From Armatimonadota bacterium (GTDB lineage: Bacteria > Sysuimicrobiota > Sysuimicrobiia > Sysuimicrobiales > Humicultoraceae), in the NCBI GenBank assembly GCA_052386995.1, contig JBQTJP010000269.1:1-17851 (forward strand): a stretch of DNA of 17,851 bases. The letters run 5' to 3'. The position numbers were made by a program, and so were the translations under genes. Shown here one piece after another: positions 14,447-17,851 of the stretch. Position 1 is the first letter of the stretch; every line of letters starts with the position of its first letter. The notes below the pieces were generated by a model, which was given only the letters and a program-made list of their open reading frames with translations, did no database searches and was not told where the DNA came from.

Positions 14447-17188
14447 TGCGTACGCGATAGCCTGCTCCAGCGTCATCGCGCGCCCCTCGGTCCACAGCTC
14501 GGTCGTCACTTCTTCACTCAGCGTTTGTCGGGCCGCCTCCAGCCTGTGTGCAAGCCTGGCGTGCTCAGTGGGTGAGAGCGGGGCACCGATGGCTTCGCGC
14601 AGCGAGGCGGCGGCTCCAGACAACCGCAGGGCACGCTGTGGCTGAGCTTGCGCAGCAGCCAGGCCCGCGAAACCCTCCAGGGAATGAATGATACCCAATC
14701 TATCCCCCAGTTCCCGATAGATAGCCAGGCTCTCTTCAAAGTAGGAACGGGTCAGGGAGTAATCGCTCCGCGTGTACGCGACATCCCCCAGGCCAGCGAC
14801 CGAGATGGCCATGCCTCGCCTGTCGCCTACCTTGCGCCGTCTCGCCAGACTCTCTTCGTAAAGGACCGACGCGCCCGCGGTGTCGCCCAGGTCGCGGACA
14901 ACATTCCCCAGATCGCAGAGCGACATGCCGATGCCCCACTCATTGCCCAAATCAGTGAAGATTGCCAGGCTTTCCTCCTGAAGAGCACGAGCCTCCGCGT
15001 AGTTGCCCCGGTCGTGAACGACGTTCCCCAGGTTGTTGAGATTGATGGCCTCCCAGGTTCGATTGCCCAGCATCCGGTTGATGCCTATCGCCTCCTCTAA
15101 GAGCGCGCGAGCACCAACGTAGTCACCTCGGCGCCGGGCGACAAGCGCCAGGTTGTTAAGCGACCCAGCGACGCTCTGTTGGTCACCAACCTCACGCCGG
15201 ATCGCCAGGCTCTGCTCGTGAAGGTCCTGCGCCGCTGCATAGTCCCCTTGGTTGTAGGCCAGGTTTCCTGCGCCATTGAGCGCTTTCGCCCTCGCCGCTG
15301 TTCGCGCCGAAGCTGCAGGCATGGCCAGCAGTTTCGTGATCCATTGCCGCCCCTCGGCGAAGTAGCTTCGCACGTACCAGAACCTCCACAGCGCGGCCGT
15401 TAGCCGCAACCCGGCCTCTGCGTCCCCCTCGTCCGCCGTGCACCGCTCCAGAGCCGCTCGCAAGTTATCGTGCTCCGTGTCGAGTCGCTCCAGCCACGTT
15501 GCCTGATTGGACCCAAGGAGCTCCGGCTCCGCCCGCTCAGCCAACCCCAGATACCAGGCCCGGTGCCGCCCCCCAACGACATCTGCCTCTCCCGACTCCA
15601 GGAGCTTCTCCCGCCCATACTGTCGCACCGTCTCCAACAGCCGGTATCGCACCGTCCCGCCCTGCTCCTCCATCAATACAAGCGACTTGTCCACCAACTG
15701 CATCAGCAGATCGAGGGCCTCGTGCCACTCGATGTCCTCCCCGACGCAGATCGCCTCCGCCGCCTCCAGCGTCCACCCGCCCGCAAAGACCGACAGCCGG
15801 CGCAGCACCTTCCGCTCCGTCTCCGACAGCAGGTCGTAACTCCAGTCGATCGCCGCCCGCAGCGTCTGATGCCGGGGCAGGGCGGTCCGGCTGCCGCCGG
15901 TGAGCAGCCGGAACCGGTCGTCCAGGCGCGCGGCAATCTGTTCCACGGAGAGGACCTTCACCCGAGCCGCCGCCAGTTCGATCGCGAGGGGGATGCCGTC
16001 CAGCCGATGGCACACCTGCGCCACCGACGGCGCGCCCTGGCTGGTCAGCGCGAACTCGGGCCGGCTGATCAGCGCCCGCTCGATGAAGAGGCACACCGCC
16101 TCGTACCGCGTCAGGTACTCCACAGACGGCAGACGCCGCAGGTCGGGCAGCGAGAGCGAGGGCACGCGCCAGGCGGTCTCTCCCGCCATACTCAGGGCCT
16201 CTCGACTCGTCGCCAGAATTCGCAGGTGGGGACACCCTCGCAGCAGTGCCTCAGCCAAGTATGCGCACGCTTCCACCAGATGCTCGCAGTTGTCCAGCAC
16301 CAGTAGCAGCCGCTTGGGCTGCAGGTAGTCTGAGAGCGTGGCCAGCAGCGGGCGCCCCGGCTCCTCCCGCACGCCCAGGGCGGAGGCCACCGACTGCGGG
16401 ACCAGGGCCGGGTCCGACAGCGCCGCCAACTCCACAAGCCACACGCCGTTGGCGAACTCCTCCACCAGGTCGGCCGCCACTTGAAGCGCCAGCCGCGTCT
16501 TCCCACATCCGCCGGAACCGGTGAGCATCAGCAGGCGCGTGGTGGTCAGCAGACGTTTCACCTCCGCCATCTCCCGCTCGCGCCCGATGAAACTGGTGAG
16601 TTGCCGGGGCAGGTTGTTGGGCAGCGCATCCAGGGACCGCAGCGGCGGGAAGTCAGCAGGCAGATCAGGATGCAGCAGTTGAAAGATTTGCTCCCGGCGC
16701 TGTAGGTCTTTGAGCCGGTGCTCGCCTAGATCCCGCAGGCTCACACCAGCCGGCAGGTGGTGCGCGACGGCGTCCCGCGTCGCCTGGGACAGGAGAGTCT
16801 GCCCACCATGCCCAGCGGCGCAGATGCGGGCAGCCCGGTGGACATCCAGACCGACATAGCCACCTGCGGTGAGCGTCGGTTCGCCCGTGTGCAGCCCCAT
16901 GCGGACGCGCACCGACGCGCCCTCGGGCCAGGGATGGGCGGTGATCGCCCGCTGCGCGGCCGCGACCGCCGCCACGGCGTCCAGGGCGCGACCGAACGCG
17001 ACGAGGAAGGCGTCGCCCTGCGTATCTACCTCGTGCCCGCCGCCCTCCTGGAAGGCGGCGCGCAGCAACCGCCGCTGCGCGGTGAGAACGTCCGCGTAGC
17101 GGCGGTCGCCCAGGTGCTGGAGGAGGACGGTGGAGCCCTCGATGTCCGTGAACAGGAAGGTGACCGTCCCAGTCGGCAGGCTGCGCAT
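14438..17188 (-). CDS. Class III adenylate/guanylate cyclase - STAND (NB-ARC-like) ATPase - winged helix - TPR signalling protein
   Basis: Cyclase motifs FLFTDIEGST, QGDAF and VRMGLHTGE. Also NNLPRQLTSFIGRE, Walker A GSGGCGKT, Walker B LLLVLDNCEH, LDGIPLAIELAAAR and C-terminal TPR-like repeats. Confidence 0.93.
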   Translation of the reverse strand: MRSLPTGTVTFLFTDIEGSTVLLQHLGDRRYADVLTAQRRLLRAAFQEGGGHEVDTQGDAFLVAFGRALDAVAAVAAAQRAITAHPWPEGASVRVRMGLHTGEPTLTAGGYVGLDVHRAARICAAGHGGQTLLSQATRDAVAHHLPAGVSLRDLGEHRLKDLQRREQIFQLLHPDLPADFPPLRSLDALPNNLPRQLTSFIGREREMAEVKRLLTTTRLLMLTGSGGCGKTRLALQVAADLVEEFANGVWLVELAALSDPALVPQSVASALGVREEPGRPLLATLSDYLQPKRLLLVLDNCEHLVEACAYLAEALLRGCPHLRILATSREALSMAGETAWRVPSLSLPDLRRLPSVEYLTRYEAVCLFIERALISRPEFALTSQGAPSVAQVCHRLDGIPLAIELAAARVKVLSVEQIAARLDDRFRLLTGGSRTALPRHQTLRAAIDWSYDLLSETERKVLRRLSVFAGGWTLEAAEAICVGEDIEWHEALDLLMQLVDKSLVLMEEQGGTVRYRLLETVRQYGREKLLESGEADVVGGRHRAWYLGLAERAEPELLGSNQATWLERLDTEHDNLRAALERCTADEGDAEAGLRLTAALWRFWYVRSYFAEGRQWITKLLAMPAASARTAARAKALNGAGNLAYNQGDYAAAQDLHEQSLAIRREVGDQQSVAGSLNNLALVARRRGDYVGARALLEEAIGINRMLGNRTWEAINLNNLGNVVHDRGNYAEARALQEESLAIFTDLGNEWGIGMSLCDLGNVVRDLGDTAGASVLYEESLARRRKVGDRRGMAISVAGLGDVAYTRSDYSLTRSYFEESLAIYRELGDRLGIIHSLEGFAGLAAAQAQPQRALRLSGAAASLREAIGAPLSPTEHARLAHRLEAARQTLSEEVTTELWTEGRAMTLEQAIAYALG
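14693..15292 (-). repeat. Five tandem 40-aa TPR-like protein repeats
   Basis: Units RAKALNGAGNL..., VAGSLNNLALV..., EAINLNNLGNV..., IGMSLCDLGNV... and MAISVAGLGDV..., each with G[DN]Y-like and EESLAI..LG[DN]-like segments at 120-nt period. Confidence 0.85.
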
Positions 17189-17200
17189 GGCCAGCGCTCG

Positions 17201-17851
17201 CTACGGCGCGAGGAGCCCGATCGCCCGCCAGTACGGGACGCTCGCGGCGATGGCGACCAGCATGACCGCCGTCAGCGCGATGCCCATCACGACACCGTGG
17301 CGGTCGGTGAACATCTCACCCTCCGTCGCGTCGCGCGTAAGGCGATACCAGTCGCTCTGGCTTGGGTGGAGCCAGGTGTTGGCGGCCAGCAGGACGACAA
17401 AGCCGACGATCCAGGGGGCAAGACCGAGCCGCGGGGCGGCAGGCACGAGTGCCAGGCTGAGCAGTAGGGTCGCGGGCTGGCGCGGAAGCACCAGGCGGCA
17501 CGCCACGACCAAAACGCCAACAAGAACCACGAGAAGGCCCTGATCGCGCACGGCACTGGTGAGCGGAACCAGGCTGTCGGCGATCCACCGGTCGACCCCG
17601 ACGCTCCGCATCACGCCTCCGGTTCCAAGTAGCACGCCGAAGAGCACGAGGAAGCCCCAGTCGATCGAGCCGCGGAAGCCCTCGCGATCAAGTCCGCCTC
17701 CGACCATCGCCACGGCCAGGGCGGCAACGGCAAGCCACGCGGTCTCAATTCGGATGAGTGGCTGCAGCACCAAGCCACCGAGCAGGACGGCGAGAGCGGC
17801 GATCGTCACCATCTCTTTCTGCGACAGCGGGCCAAGAACGCGCTCCTGGCG
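17201..17851 (-). CDS. DASS/SLC13-family anion transporter, C-terminal part (5' end outside window)
   Basis: Frame is open to the window end (RQERVLGPLSQKEM...). Motifs LGPLS.KE, IDWGFLVLFG, multiple TM segments and terminal SVPYWRAIGLL are characteristic of DASS permeases. Confidence 0.8.
   Translation of the reverse strand, partial: RQERVLGPLSQKEMVTIAALAVLLGGLVLQPLIRIETAWLAVAALAVAMVGGGLDREGFRGSIDWGFLVLFGVLLGTGGVMRSVGVDRWIADSLVPLTSAVRDQGLLVVLVGVLVVACRLVLPRQPATLLLSLALVPAAPRLGLAPWIVGFVVLLAANTWLHPSQSDWYRLTRDATEGEMFTDRHGVVMGIALTAVMLVAIAASVPYWRAIGLLAP

Noticed and set aside
1..17851. CRISPR arrays, tRNA/rRNA genes, IS elements, riboswitches (cobalamin, TPP)
   Set aside because: I saw no regularly spaced DNA repeats, RNA-gene signatures, transposase motifs or riboswitch consensus by eye. 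An Rfam scan would be needed to exclude them.

Overview
GC-rich bacterial chromosomal window. It starts with the end of an aldehyde dehydrogenase / enoyl-CoA hydratase operon, followed by a low-GC GrpB-family gene, a small Cys-motif membrane protein and a decayed adenylate-forming-enzyme-like fragment. The core is a regulator that fuses an excisionase-type HTH to a BetI-like TetR. It is divergent from a seven-gene catabolic-looking operon: an FbpABC-type ABC importer, a bicupin, an orphan EutA-like ATPase with a His-rich N-terminus, a beta-hydroxyacid dehydrogenase and a ThDP-dependent enzyme. Downstream lie a damaged hicB-hicA toxin-antitoxin pair and, on the minus strand, a class III cyclase-STAND ATPase-TPR protein preceded by a partial DASS/SLC13 transporter. 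The best candidate for an undescribed system is the bicupin plus EutA-like ATPase pair, which has no ethanolamine ammonia-lyase (eutBC) in the operon. All calls come from motif recognition by eye; no database searches were run.
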